A DNA stretch of 64,000 nucleotides, taken from the NCBI GenBank assembly GCA_009602735.1, contig WELA01003606.1:717602-781601 (forward strand), read 5' to 3'. A program made the translations under genes and the position numbers. The notes beneath the pieces are model-generated. The model was not told where the DNA came from. It was given only the letters and a program-made list of their open reading frames with translations, and did not search any database. This document shows, piece after piece, positions 11,340-35,794 of the stretch. Position 1 is the first letter of the stretch. Each line of letters starts with the position of its first letter. This DNA comes from Mesotaenium endlicherianum. Taxonomy: Eukaryota.

Positions 11340-13975
11340 AGGCAAGCAAGAGAGCGGGAAGCCCCAACAAAAGCAAGCAAGGGGCTGGCAGGTCGCCCCA
11401 CAAAACCAAGATGGGGGCTGGCAGGCAGCCCCACAAAACCAAGATGGGGGCTGGCAGCCAACCCCACAAAACCAAGCAAGGGGCTGGCAGCCCGCCCCCA
11501 CTAAAACCTTAAACAGCAAGCAAAGGCAATCTAGCCCGCCCCAACTAAAACCCTAAGACAGCAAGCAAGGGACTGGCAGCCAGCTCTGACAAAAGCAAGC
11601 AAGGGGCTGATAACCAGCTCCAACAAGACTCAAAAGCAAGCTCGGGGCTAACAGCCAGCCCCGACAAAACAAAGCAATGGCAGCTCGCCCCCACTAAAAC
11701 CCTAAACAGAAAGCAAAGGCAAGCCAGCCCGCCCCGACTAAAACCTAAGACGACAAGCAAGGGACTGGCAGCCAGCCCTAACAAAAGCAAGCAAGGGGCT
11801 GACAACCAGCCCCGACAAGACTCAACAGCAAGCTCGTGGCTAACAGCCAGCCCCACAAAATCAAGCAAGGGACTAGCACCTCGCCTTGACAAGAGCATGC
11901 AAGGGGCTGCTGCAGCAAAGCAGCAGCCAGCCCGCCCCGACCAGAGCATGGAAGGGACGGCTGCAGCACAGTAGACAGATTGCCCCGACCAAAGCAAGAG
12001 AAAAATACGCAGGGGAGGGAGACGCAGGGGAAGGGGGGGGGACCTGAAACACTTGTTAGAGATTGGCTGCGTGTGGATTGGCGCAAGGCCTGCCGACTCG
12101 CTCGTTTTGAACTTGGGCTGCTTCACACATAAGAGAAGGGACAATGTACACATATGTAAGATAGACAGCAGGGCGGCGCCCAGCCCCAACAGCAGCAAAT
12201 AAGGGGCTGGCATCCAGCCCCAATACAAGCAAGCAAGGGGCTGGCTGCCAGGCCCCACAGAAGAAAGCAAGGGGTTGGCAGCCAGCCCCGACAGCAGCAA
12301 ACAAGGGGCACGAGAGAGAGCGGGAAAGAGGAAGGAAGATTAAGGCACCTGTTCATGTGTGAATTTTGCTCACGCGTCAATGGGCACACATGGGGTAGGC
12401 ACAAGGGGAGTCTACTCGCTCCTTATTGTCTTGCCCTGCTTCACAAAAGACAAAAAAAGAGACAAAGGTGTAAAAAGATGCAACAGACAGCTAGCCCTAA
12501 TCTACAGGACACAAGCACGCAAGCACGAGGGAGAAAGCCCACAATAAGCAGAACAACAAATGCACAATGGGTGCACAAAACAGCAGCCAAGTTAGAAAAG
12601 GAAGGAAGCAAGAATAAACAATACAGGCACAGTTGCAGATAGAGCTGGTGCAAATGTGGACTAAAATCTCAAAATTGTAAGCATGGGGATGCCAACCAGC
12701 CCCGTCAAAACCGAGCATGGGGCTGGCAGCCCACCCCCACTAAAACCCTAAATTAGCAAGCAAGGGGCAGGCTGCCAGCCTCGACAGAAGGAAGCAAAGG
12801 GGCACAACAGCAGCCAGCCCCAATAAAAACCCTAACTTAACAAGCAAGAGGCTGGCAGCTCACCCCCACTAAAACCCTAAAATAGCAAGCAAGGGGCTGG
12901 CAGCCAGCCCCGACAAAAGCAAGCAAGGGGCACAACAACAGCCAGCCCCGACTAAAACCCTAAACCAGCAAACAAGGGGCTGGCAGCCCGCCCTAATTAA
13001 ACCTAAAACACCAAGCAAGGGGCTGGCAGCCAGCCCCGACACAGGCAAGCAAGGGGCTGGTTGCCAGCCTCGACACAGGCAAGCAAGGGGCTGGCAACCA
13101 GCCCCGTCACAGGCAAACAAGGGGCTAGTTGCCAGCCCCGACACAGGCAAGCAAGGGGCTGGCAGCCAGCCCCGACACAAGCAAGCAAGGGGCTGGTTGC
13201 CATCCCCCCAAAAACCAAGCAAGGGGCTGGCAGCCAGCCCTGACACAAGCAAGCAAGGGGCTGGCAGCCAGCCCCAACATAAGGAAGCAAGAGGCTGGTT
13301 GCAAGCCCCGACAAAAGCACGCAAGGGGCTGGCAGCCAGCCCCCCTAAGAGCAAGCAAGGGGCTTGTTTCCAGCCCCCCAAAAAGCAAGCAAGGGGCTGG
13401 CAACCAGCCCCAACACAAGGAAGCAAGGGGCTCGTTGCCAGCCCCGACACAAGGAAGCAAGGGGCTGGTTGCCAGCCCCAACAAAAACACGCAAGGGGCT
13501 GGCAGCCAGCCCCCCTAAGAGCAAGCAAGGGGCTGGTTGCCAGCCCCCCAAAAGCAAGCAAGGGACTGGCAGCCAGCCCCAATACAAGCAATGAAGGGGC
13601 TAGTTGCCAGCCCGACACAATGAAGCAAGGGGCTGGCAACCAGCCTCGACACAAGCAAGCAAGGGGTTGGCAACCAATCGCGACACAGGCAAGCAAGGGG
13701 CTGGCAGCCAGTCCCGACACAGGCAAACAAGGGGCTCGTTGAAAGCCCCGACACAAGCACGCAAGGGGCTGGTTGCCAGCCCCCCAAAAAGCAAGCAAGG
13801 GGCTGGCAGCCAGCCCCGACACAAGCAAGCAAGGGGCTGGTTGTCAGCCCCGACAAAAGCACCAAGGGGCTGGCAAGCCAGCCCCCCTAAGAGCAAGCAA
13901 GGGGCTGGCAGCCAGCCCTCACAGAAGAAAACAAGGGACTGGCAGCTAGCCCCAACAATAGCAAGCAAGGGTCTG
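11340..13975. repeat. Degenerate 34-bp minisatellite inside the hAT, in three blocks (most regular at ~13010-13960)
   Basis: Unit AAGCAA-GGGGCTGG-(CAG/TTG)-CCAGCCCC-GACACAGGC; each unit has an 8-bp inverted repeat. Confidence 0.95.
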
Positions 13976-16900
13976 GTCGCAAAGAGGGCAAGAGGGGATG
14001 GACGCACCTGAGAGATGTTGGTGGTGAGGCGCGTGAGCGTGAAGACGGCGCCACCTTGTAGTACAAAACGGGCTTGAATCACGCCGTCCACTCCAGCTTC
14101 GGCCCGTCCGCTGCTGGCCTGGATGTGTTACAGCCTGAGGGGAGGGAGCAGCCGACAACAAAAGGGCAGCTTAGATCAACCTGTGAAAAAAGCAAATACA
14201 GCCCTTGGAGGCAAGGAGCAGCTACCGCTTGCAGACGAGCTGTGCCCATGCCTATGCCCTCCAGCCCCCCCCCCCCCCCCTACCTTCACATGCCCGCATA
14301 ATAAGAGGATGCAGGCTTGGTTGCTGCAAGAGCACACCTGAAAGTTGAAGTTCAATGGCAAGGCAGGGAGAACAATCGCTGTCGTAGCCTTAGAGCTTCT
14401 TCTAAACCCTTGAACATGCTGGAATAAGAAATTAAATAATAGCAGAACCGTTAGGCTTAGTAGCAGTAACACATGCTAGATATGTCCCCAAACACAATCT
14501 TTACATAATGTGGATTTGCTAAATACGAACCTAGCAGGCCATTGAAGAAGAACAGGTCTCTGGAGGAATCTGAATAAAGGAGGGACAGTGAGAGATGGGG
14601 GAACTTCTCGACCTTAAAATATAGCCGTCAATACCAGGTGCAACCAGTCTCAGCCTCGTGTGAGGTTCCCTAAATACACACGAAGAGACAATTTGAGACA
14701 TAGTAAGCACAACGTACGGGATCAACAACAGAGAGAGGACGTGAATGAATAACATGTAGCCACCTACTCCTGCAAGATACTGGTATCATACAAAATTCAA
14801 GGTTCCATGGAAGAAACCTTATTACAGTGTCCAAAGAGTTATGCAAGGAAGCAAGGTCCTAAATGCGAAAGTAAGAAAACTTACGATGAATTGCAGGTGC
14901 AAAATGCAAAGAAAGGCGCTAGAAGTCTCTTAAGTAGGCTCCGCAAAATTGGCCAAAAGGGTTGTAGCCTGTAAGATGTGCAGCAACTCAAGCAGATGCA
15001 CGTTCAAGAGTTGGAGGTGAAAATTGAAATGGCTGGTGGTCAAAATATTGGTGAAAAGTCAATTGTTCCACAAACCTGTCAAGATGCACTTGGTAGCTTG
15101 AATCCCGTCGATCGACGATGCATGCGAAGTCACGAGTGAAACAGAGCGTGCGGTGGCGGACGTGAAGGTGTCGAAACGTTGCTGGGCGGCGCGCACGAGT
15201 AAAAAGTTAATCGTACGCTTAGTACAAGCGTACCGACGCAGTACGCTTATTTGAGCGTACGAAGGTTGGCCAATACGGCATACGGCGTAACCTTGTAACG
15301 GTTCTCAATGTTAATGCATTTAACAATATATTATGGAGCACAATCAGAGCTACAGGCTTCCTCCGACAGGCTTCCTCCTTTTTGTTAGTTTCAATCTCAA
15401 CTTTAGTTTTAGGCTCAGTTTAAGTCAAAGGTTTGCGACATAAAATGGCGCAAACCGAAGTTTGACAAGTGTGAAAAGTGTCGGTTTCAAACGCGTTTGG
15501 TCGTCGCTTTCGCTTGACACACCTAAACCCTCTTAAGCGTCCTTCTGCAATGCACCATTCATCGCAGCAGGACGTAAGTTGCTACACTTACCCACCCATC
15601 CACCTCGCTAACCCCAGCACTTGGAGTTGCAAAAAGTTGTTTTTTGTTGGGCATGAAACTTAATGCTTGGTAACGGCCAACAGTAGCAGCCATGTGCTTT
15701 ATTATGTCTTGTTCTGTTGTTTGGTACTTCGATACCAATTGGCAATAACTTGCAGAGAAGATCCGGCCACCAACTCCAACGCAACAATAACATCATCTTG
15801 GCGTGGTTGTTGTTTATTAGTTTTTTAACAGAGTGTTGCAGAGTTAGGTCAATATAAACATTAGCTACATAGTAGCAAATAGAAGTCAAATAGTAAGTCA
15901 TATCTAGATTTAGAGACGATTGGAAATGACAACATTATGCGCAATTGTAGCATACTACTACTCCTCCTACTTGCATACTACTACTCCAACTATTCTTTCT
16001 ATAATCACCTTCTTATTTTCAAAATCAGGCAATTTGAACACAAATTGTCAAATCTAAGTTGAAGTCTAGTAGAAAAAAGTTTTTTCCTTCAAAGTAAGGG
16101 GTTTGCGGCAGTTTGCAGGTTGTAACTTGTACCTACTATATAGTTGACGAGGGTGACAATCTACACGGATGCCACAGTACGGCATTCAGACTTTGCAATG
16201 TGAGGGGCCTCGGCTTCCTTCATGTTTCTTGTCGGTAATCTATGAGATTATGACTGGTCACTGACAAGTGACCACTAGCAATGATTGCGGCTCTGGCCCC
16301 TAGCCATAGGGCCCGTACCCTATTGGTAAGCAAACATCCAAAATTTAATGACAGGATTTCCTTAGCATCCAAATCAATAATTTCCGGGTTTTCTGTGACA
16401 TCCGCTTTCAACAAACTGGATTTTATTTGTCATCCTTTTTGATTTGATCGGGTTCTTTAACATCCAAAATCACAAATAACACCCAAAATGTTATGAATCC
16501 AGGGGTCTGCTCAAAGGTCGCGGGCTTTGTCACGACTTGAAGTGGTAGGTAGGACCTATCTGGGATAAGTCAATGAGCCTATTATCGGAGCATAATTCAT
16601 TCCTTTAGCCGTTCGCTCCAGTTCGCTCCTACAGTCGCACTCATAATGATTGGTAAATCTTAAAAAAGGTGCCGGCTAGCGCAGAAAGGGAGCCAGATAT
16701 GATAATATTTTCACGTACCTGGGTAGCCATACAAGTTCCGGACAAGGTACCATTCGGGTTCATCCCCAAGACATAGCCTCGTGTCCCACAAAATCGCCAT
16801 CATTTCTTTGACCGCCCGCCTTCGACGCCTATACGCTTGTAGAGTCTCCTGCTTTTTTTTGCATGCGTTGCAATACATCTAAATGGATGGATATTGCGCC

Positions 16901-17464
16901 GCTATAACACGCTCAAAGGACGGGGTGGTCATGATCATGATTTTGGGCACGGAAATCGGCCTACTGGTTAGCACTGTTACTGACTTTTGGGCTTCCCGTG
17001 CAACACCGCCCAGAAAGTCCATGGAAAAATTCAGCAATTTTCAACAGGTCACGACAATCTCAATTGGTCAGAGTGCATTGGCCGGCCTGTACTCGTGCTT
17101 GCGCGTTGTGGCGCGTTGTCTTGTCAACGCTGCCACAGCGAAAGCGGACGCCTTGTAGCTGGAGATTGTAATGATTAGCAATGTGAGTTTGTTACGTCGA
17201 AGAGATGTGTAAATATGAGGATACTTAGGACAAGTAATATTGGAATTCGAAACTCTGCAATACTAGAAGTAGTTGGAAGTTGTTCACAGCGAGTCTCTCC
17301 AGGCGAATGTTTTTCAATTGAGCGTCGTTTCTAAACGTGAAGTTTGTGGATACCAATGACTAGGTGAAGATGCCTCGTTTACAGAGCATTGGTAGCGTAT
17401 CATGATCTTATGCGCCCAATGAAACACTTTCCAACATCGCCAGCAGATCATTGTGTAGTTCACA

Positions 17465-28542
<11,078 letters not shown>

Positions 28543-31320
28543 TGGAAGGTTTTTCTGAAGGAAGTTTCTTAGGCAAATATTATGGTTCGAGGTTGTCCGA
28601 GCTGAACTTTCAAAGCATCGGTCTGTCACTGCTTGTCTTGAAGCCACTGTGGTGTTAGATTTTTTCGGTCAAAAGTACTGCTAAAATGCTTTCGCTTTGA
28701 GGTGGTCATTGATTTCAGGAAGTAGATTACACTTTATATTTACCACGCCTTCACTATTCAATCATTCTAGTTATTACTTTCGCAAGCGGTATATAGTATC
28801 ATATCCTCACTAGTTCTGAAATGTCCGTCTTTGGCGTTGCAAGATCGTGGTTGTTGGCTATAGAGTTAGAGTTAGCAAGACTTACAATGTAGAACTGACC
28901 ATGTCTGTGTGTGTTACCATCGCTTATGGAGAATAGTGCTATTTCTAACATTCTAATTTGGAGTACATTTGACTATGGATGCCCACGTTTGAAGTGGTAG
29001 AGTTAGCTTGGATGTGCAGTGATAGGAGCATAGGACCAGGAGAGTAGAGCCGGTACGAACTAGGAGGCGCACCTACTGGTCCAGGAGGAGCCACCCATCG
29101 ACGGGGAGTGGAGCAGGGGAGCATTGGAATAGCGTTTGGTGGGTGCAAAGGGGCAATCAATCAGTGGGGAGGGAAGGCTGTGAGAACAGGAATTGGATTG
29201 TTGCAGGCCTCAGGCCTCAGAATATTTTGCAGGAAGTTGGCCGCCTTTGGAGCAGCTTGGATGGCATGGTCGAGCCGAGCAAAGGTGTTATTGCACTGGC
29301 ATAGTTGGGCCAAGCAAAGGAATGTGTTATTGGACTGAGCAGTATTGGGATTGACCACAGGCGGATGACCAACGGGGACTGGCCTCCACACCAAGTGGCA
29401 AGCTGGTTTTAAGGTTGGGAAACTAAAGTAGAATCAGAAGTAGAGATGGAAGCGAATCGATTTTTGACGATCACATTGAATGAGCATTGATAGCGTACAT
29501 CAAGATGCATAAATTTGAGTACCCAAAAGAGCCTTCCAATTCTTTGTTCACTGCATGCTTTAAGTATCATAAAACCCGACTATTAAAATTTGCCCTATTG
29601 AATTGTAACATGAAAAGCAAAAAAGCAACAACCGCACCCAGTTTTGCATTCATCTTACTCAACTAGCATATATTGCCAGCATAAATTGTTTTCATGCGGA
29701 AATTATTGCTCTTTTTCAACACATCATGGATGTGAAATGCAATTTATATTTCTGATTTAAAAATAGCTTCTTTCTGGTACAAACAATTTCTGCTAGTCAT
29801 AACCCCATCAGATGTCCCTTAAGTGGAAGAGATGTGCACAACTTTTCGTGCGTGCCCTAGATATACACAAGCACCCAGTGACCGTATTCCAATGGAGTGG
29901 ACATGTGGCGCTTTTAAGTTGAGCCCATCTGGTGGGCCCATTGTACGAAATCAACACAAAAAAAGGACTGAACACTTAAACCTCCTCAGCTCTGAAGTAG
30001 CTTTGTTCAAAACATCTTCGGTGCTTTGAAGTAGAGCCCATCTGGTCGCCTCATTGTGCGGAATTAACACAAATAAAGAAACACCCAAACTTGCCTGGCT
30101 CCGTTGGCCTCCTGCACTCCATTGGTGCACGCTCTCGCCCGCCACATACCCTAAGCCTAATAAATTTCCTGCTGACGCTGGGCCCCAAAGCATGGCTGCT
30201 CTTGTGGGCCTCGTGCGCTACATTGGTGAGGCCTCTCGGTTACCATAAACCTGAAGCCTAGCAAAACCCGTCCCAGCACTAAACCTCGAATGCCGAAACT
30301 TGGCGGCTCCGTCGGCCTCCTGCCCTCAATCAGTGCGCGCTCTTGCCCGCTATCAACCGTAACCCTCATATCCATCCCAACGCCGGACCCCACAACACGG
30401 CGGCTTTCGTCAGCCTCCCGTGATCCGTCTGTACGCGCTCTCGCTCGCCCCACACTCGCCACAAAGCCTAGCCCCACCAAGCTTGACCCGGACTCCAAAC
30501 TCAAACCTAGACTCGATCCTCGCCCCATATCTGACCATAAGTATGAAACTCCAAACTGATGCTTGATAGCGATAATTGAGAATCTCGACTAGCTCGGCGG
30601 GCCTCCTGCGCTCCATTGCCGGTAAGCGTTCTGGCTTGCCCCAAAGCCCTCGTGAATCCTTTGCCCATCTCAGGGCCTGTGCCAAGCCCTAAACCCTTGG
30701 CTCTTCCACCGTCAGCGTCCTGCGCTACACCGAAAGCATCCTTGCTCGCGCCGACGCCCCCCACAAACTCAGTCAATCTCCTCGTCAAAACCATCAGTGA
30801 CATTCTTCCCGCGAAAGCCGTAACCTCTATGGGCGCCACCTCAAACCTGGAGCTGGATCCCAAGGCGTCAAGCCCTAATTGGGCAGAAACTCTATGTAGC
30901 AACCCCAACTTCTTAAACCCTAAGGACAAGAACAAGCGCTAAGCCCAAAGTCGTCTGGCCCGGAATGTCACCACCCGGACTCGCCCTCCTGCTTCCGCCC
31001 CCTTAACCTCAGAGTCCGATCATGAGAAAGATCCAAGTCCCAACTCAAAGCCTAGGCCTGAGCAGGAATCCCTGCCTGAGCCACCTCAAGCACTGAGCCT
31101 CGTCACTTCTTCGCCCCTCCCCCCCCCCATCTTAACCACCCCCTGCCCTAGCTCCATGTAACAAGCTCAAGCGCTAATCCTATCAGAGCCCCATCAAGCT
31201 AGAAAGCGTTCCTGAAAGCCCCCCCCTTTTCCTCTTGCCCTGTGCTGAGGTCAGACCCTAACTCGATCACTGTGCTGGGCCTGGGCGCTCTATAGGACAC
31301 CCTAGATCTCTCTTCCCCCC

Positions 31321-31530
31321 NNNNNNNNNNNNNNNNNNNNNNNNNNNNNNNNNNNNNNNNNNNNNNNNNNNNNNNNNNNNNNNNNNNNNNNNNNNNNNNN
31401 NNNNNNNNNNNNNNNNNNNNNNNNNNNNNNNNNNNNNNNNNNNNNNNNNNNNNNNNNNNNNNNNNNNNNNNNNNNNNNNNNNNNNNNNNNNNNNNNNNNN
31501 NNNNNNNNNNNNNNNNNNNNNNNNNNNNNN
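31321..31530. other. Assembly gap
   Basis: Run of 210 N. Confidence 1.
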
Positions 31531-31751
31531 CCTTCTTATCCCCCCCCACGCGCAGACTCTTGCGAGGTGCTGTGTCCTGTGATCTTTAAACCCTAGCCCC
31601 TGCACGCTCACGCATTCCCTCCTACCCCCCCCCCTCCCCCTGTCGCGGGCGCGCAGGCTCTGTCGAGGTGCTGTCTCCTGCAATTCCCAGACCCTAAGTC
31701 TTATATGCGTTCCCCCATCTCCTCCCCCCCACCCGGCGTGCGCACGTGCAG

Positions 31752-33438
31752 GCTCCGGCGAGGTGTTGTCGGTGTTCTGCAACAGCATCGCCTTCAGCAG
31801 CAGCGAGCCGACGGCGGAGGAGTCCAATTACGACGCCATCAACGGAATTGAGCTCATTGTAACCATCACCTACTTCATGTACTTGGGCGCCATCCTGCCG
31901 ACGACCGCCTGGCAGGAGATCGGCATCCTGCGCCTGCTGCTCTTCAGCGTCGAAGTCATTTTCCTGCGGCGCCTGCCCGTGCTCATTTGGTGCGTGCCCT
32001 GGGTGGGCCCTCCTGAAGCAGCAGCCTGGGGGGGGCCGTTGCCATGTACACGCAAGTGAGAGGCTACCGGCTCCGGCTCTGGCTTGAGAAGGCAGGCGGG
32101 GGGGTGCATGCGCCTGCGCTGCTGCTCGCAGGTGCATGCACCCTTCCTGCCTTGCACCTGCCCTGCCCCTGCACGTGCCCTGTTCTTCCCAGCTGCGTGC
32201 TGCCTCCTTAGGACGTGGGTGCTTGCGTGCCTCTGTTGCAGCAAGTCTTGCCTGAGGGTAGATAAAGGAGGGGGGGAGGGGGGAAATAGGGACCCCAAAG
32301 TAGCCTGTCTGAGCTGGGCTGCTGCACTCGTTGGAGTACTCTCCCCGCGCGAGCACGGATTGTCCTTCGCAGCCCACAGTGCATTTCTTTGCCTGCCCCA
32401 GCTACTGCTTCCATGTGTAGTCAATCACTCACTGGCACCTCTCTCGTGCATACGTGCTACGTGCTTGCATACATGCCTGCTGATTGTGTGCGTGCGTGCT
32501 TGCATGCATGTCTGCCTGTGCATGCGTGTGTGCTTGTGCGTGCCTGTGCCTGTGCCTGTGCGAGTGCCTGCGCGTGCGCGTGCACATGCCTGTGCGTGCA
32601 GGCGGCGTTTGCGGGGTTCTACGGGCCCATCGGCGTGGGCGCCATCTTCTACGCGGCGCTGGCGCACGAGCTCAGTGAGGACGAGCTCACGTGAAATGTC
32701 ATCTCCTTTGTGGTGCTCGCCTCCGTGCTCATCTACGGCCTCTCCGCGGCGCTCGTCTTCAAGCTCGCGTACATCTTGTCGCTCCCGCCGGGCGGCCGCG
32801 CGCGCGGCGCGAGCGAGAGCCTCGCGGCGGTGGGGCTGGCGCTCGGGCTGGGGTTCAACGGGCGCGAGCTGAACTACACCTTGAGCAACGGGGAGGTGAA
32901 GGTCACCGTGGACTCCACGGCGAGCGCAGATGCCCAGTCCCCAAACGGAAAGAGGACATCCGTGGAGCCCTGCGCTGCACTTGCGCAGGCGCCTATGCCT
33001 GCGGTGGCAGCGGCAGCAGCGGCAGGAGCGGCAGAGGCAGCCGCAGCGGCGGGACGGGCGGGACACAGGGAGGTGGGAGCAAGATCAGCTCGAGGGGGCA
33101 AGGGAGGAGGGGGATGGGGAGCGAGAGGAGCGCAGAAAAGCTCAAGGCCCGAGAATGGCGTGAAAGGGGGCGACAGCTGGCGGGCCAAGGGCACAGCGGG
33201 AGGAGACTCGGCGTCGGATGAGAAGGACAAGGAGAGAGCGCAGGTGCTGGAAAAGCGCGAGGGCGAAGTGGAGGGGGAGCGAGAGGAGGCTAGGGAGGAG
33301 ACAGTGAGGGGGGGGGCGGGTCTCAGCTTCCGAGACTCCTCGTCAACTTCTTTCTCCCGGTGGTCGTCCAAGAGCACGGAGGCAGCAAGCGTGCAGCGGC
33401 TGAGCAGCAGCGGGGACCAATCGGACGCTGACGCCTAG
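31752..33438 (+). pseudogene. C-terminal half of a cation/H+ antiporter resembling fungal Nha1/Sod2, with an in-frame stop
   Basis: Exon 31752-31989 (YFMYLGAILP...RLLLFSVEVIFLRRLP) and exon 32602-33438 (AAFAGFYGPIGVGAIFYA...T*NVISFVVLASVLIYGLS plus a hydrophilic tail). TGA at 32692-32694. 5' exons not seen, and an assembly gap lies upstream. Confidence 0.8.
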
Positions 33439-34859
33439 GAGAGGGTGGCGCGCGCCTGAGCGTGCCCCTCGCACGGCGTGCGGAGCTGGGCAGGGCCAGC
33501 TCCTGGCTGGCAGACACCTGTCGCTTGTGCCGGCAGCATGATCTGCTTGGAATTACTTCCTCTTGTCCTTGAAGCTGTACATATGAACGAAGAAGTGGAT
33601 GGTCCTGCTCAGGCCAACCTGAGGTGACGTGCAAGAAGGCAAATGGGAATAAAAGGAAAAGGGGAAGAGGGGAGCGAGGCACGGGAGTTTTGTATTTGAC
33701 AGAGAAAAGAGTGGTGGGTCGTGCTGGCCTGCGGAGGGAGGTCACTTAAGAAGCCTGACATCTAGCAGGAGGGAGGAGGCGTGACAGGCTGCAGAAGCTT
33801 GCTGGGTGTCTACCCGGGCTTGCCACCCCTGACTAGGTTCTTTTGGAAGCCTGCAGGGCTAACTGCAAAAGAATGGCTCCACCTGCTTTCCTCGTCAAGA
33901 GTTGGAGGTTGATCATTGATTGAATGGCGTCTCGACGACCATCGACACTGTCCAGGCCGCGGCGGCTGGTCCTAGGGGCGGGCGATTCCTTTGGTGCCAA
34001 ATAAGGATCCAAAATGCTTCGCAGGATGCACAGGATGTTGGCTAGCGTGTTGCATGCGGGAGTAGGAGCAAGATGGAGTCTCGCTCCATGTTCTTGCTCG
34101 CAAATGTGTGCCATCTATGGCCTTGGGAGTGTCTTTGGTTTTGCTTTGAGGCCCGTTGGATGCTGGTGGGCAAGTGTTGTATTCTGTTAGGATATGTTTC
34201 AAATGAGGATAGTTAATCAATTTCATAGGATTCAGAAGACAACCATTATTAACGAGTCGAATGTGTCGGCAACTGATTGGAGCTGGAGCTGCCCAGTTGG
34301 CAGAAGCTGAAAGCGATTAAAGTAGGGGAGGATAAATGAAAAACGCTTTTAGATTTTTTACATATCGTAATCCTTATTTTATAAGAAGCTAAATGTCCTC
34401 TATACATTCAAGATATGATAATTTGCATCATTGCAACTTGGATATACTATTTGAAATTGTTATGACAACAAAGTTGAACTTTTTGTTCGAGACATTTTAG
34501 GACATCAACTACAGGGTCATACACAAAAATGCCTGGTCTTATGCATTGCATATCAACTAATAAACAAGTATTCTTTAACTAGTATCCTGGGGTTCCGTGC
34601 ATAACAAAAATTGTGTTAACCACTAATTGCAGTTGAATCACCTTCAATGTACAAGCAATAAAAATAGAACAATCTCACAACCTTATTTTCAGTAAAATTG
34701 TGGAGCGTGCTGTTTTTTAGTGTAAATGGTCCACTACTAAGCAACTTTGTTATTTCTAGTTTGTGACTAGTAAGCTTTCTCATATTCACGCGGTCTATCA
34801 TGTGAAAGTTAGCAAGATATTAGAATCTTATTTCTTCGAGACAATACAAGCACATCTGG

Positions 34860-35794
34860 AATTTATTGAAGGTCTAAATATTGTTACGGATTTGATCATC
34901 TTTGATTGCATGTGTTCATGGTATATTAAGAGTGTACTGTATGTTGGTTTGTCATTCGGCAAGTGACGACGAGCGTAATGATGTATATGTACGTAGACAT
35001 TATAGCCCAATATACTGCTTGAATGTGTAATGTAGTAATATGCATTTGCATAGCATTACATGATAAGTATTAAAGTCGCATTATCGCATGTAAAGCATAG
35101 TAAGTAATATGTGTATGTATACAGGTATATACTTATTAATGCCTCGCAATATTGCATAGCTCATTGAGTATGTACATAAGTGTATATGTATGATTTATAT
35201 CTTGCATTATTACATCACATACGATCTACTTCATAAGTATTCCTAGACACGTGTATATATACGGGCTATATTTTTTATTGCGTAAAGGTATTGTTTGTAT
35301 GTATACACATGCAAATACATGTACATATGTCATAGCTATATGCATTATAGTATTTAATATAACACTTAATAGATAGCAAAATATATGATATGTACTAATG
35401 TACATGCTATGGTGCAATAACACTTCATGTTGTCATCCCGTTGACACCTACTTGATGTCATGTGATTGTTGGTTTACACCAAGCGTCACACATTTAACCT
35501 CTAATGAAAATGATTTGTCTCCTCTTACTCGTCATGTTAAAAGGTTGACTTGTTGTTCGTCACAAACATTTGGAACAATTTTCCCGTCACAACCACCTGA
35601 AAATAGGTATTGGAGAAGTGCCAAGTGCACTCAATGACTTGTGTTGGCAAGTGTGTATTTGCAATGTCATTCTAATGCAACTTTTGGAGCATGTCTTCTC
35701 TTCATTACGCTACTGTCCAATTATTACACAAATTATATTGTGAGCCATAGTAGAGAATTTCTTGAAATCTAAATAGTTACATTGGTATTGGAGC
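34860..35794 (+). mobile_element. Old LTR remnant ending in ...GTTACA followed by a degenerate PBS
   Basis: GTTACA-T-TGGTATTGGAGC at 35776-35794; the upstream AT-rich part is homologous to 3149-3560; left boundary unknown. Confidence 0.5.

Larger units (their letters stand above)
7716..15295 (-). mobile_element. hAT DNA transposon
   Basis: 18-bp TIRs CAGGGTTACGCCGTACGC / GCATACGGCGTAACCTTG (16/18); TACGCT/GTACGC subterminal repeats at both ends; internal hAT transposase; no 8-bp TSD recognisable. Confidence 0.85.
7143..16509. mobile_element. Older non-autonomous hAT-like shell (about 1.8 kb without the nested element)
   Basis: Imperfect TIRs CAGGCCCTAGGATT / AATCCAGGGGTCTG (11/14); flanking 8-mers CTCACAAG / CTCAAAGG (6/8); clusters of GGATTT/ATCCAAA subterminal motifs at both ends. 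Confidence 0.5.

Noticed and set aside
11340..13975. CRISPR-like array of palindromic repeats
   Set aside because: Units abut with no unique spacers, no cas genes are present, and the context is eukaryotic; it is a minisatellite
11154..14091. Long ORFs rich in GLAASPLL / GWQPAPC in several frames
   Set aside because: These are by-products of the 34-bp repeat, open on both strands, with no domain signal
28940..29430. GC-richer block with short minus-strand ORFs
   Set aside because: No recognisable motif; probably a TE fragment but it cannot be supported
30054..31320. Pro/Ser-rich frames after CTACA-T-TGGTGAGG, a possible LTR end and PBS
   Set aside because: No second LTR, no gag or pol motif, and the region ends in a gap
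32692..32694. Selenocysteine or read-through recoding of the antiporter TGA
   Set aside because: No SECIS recognised, and the other lesions make a nonsense mutation or base error simpler
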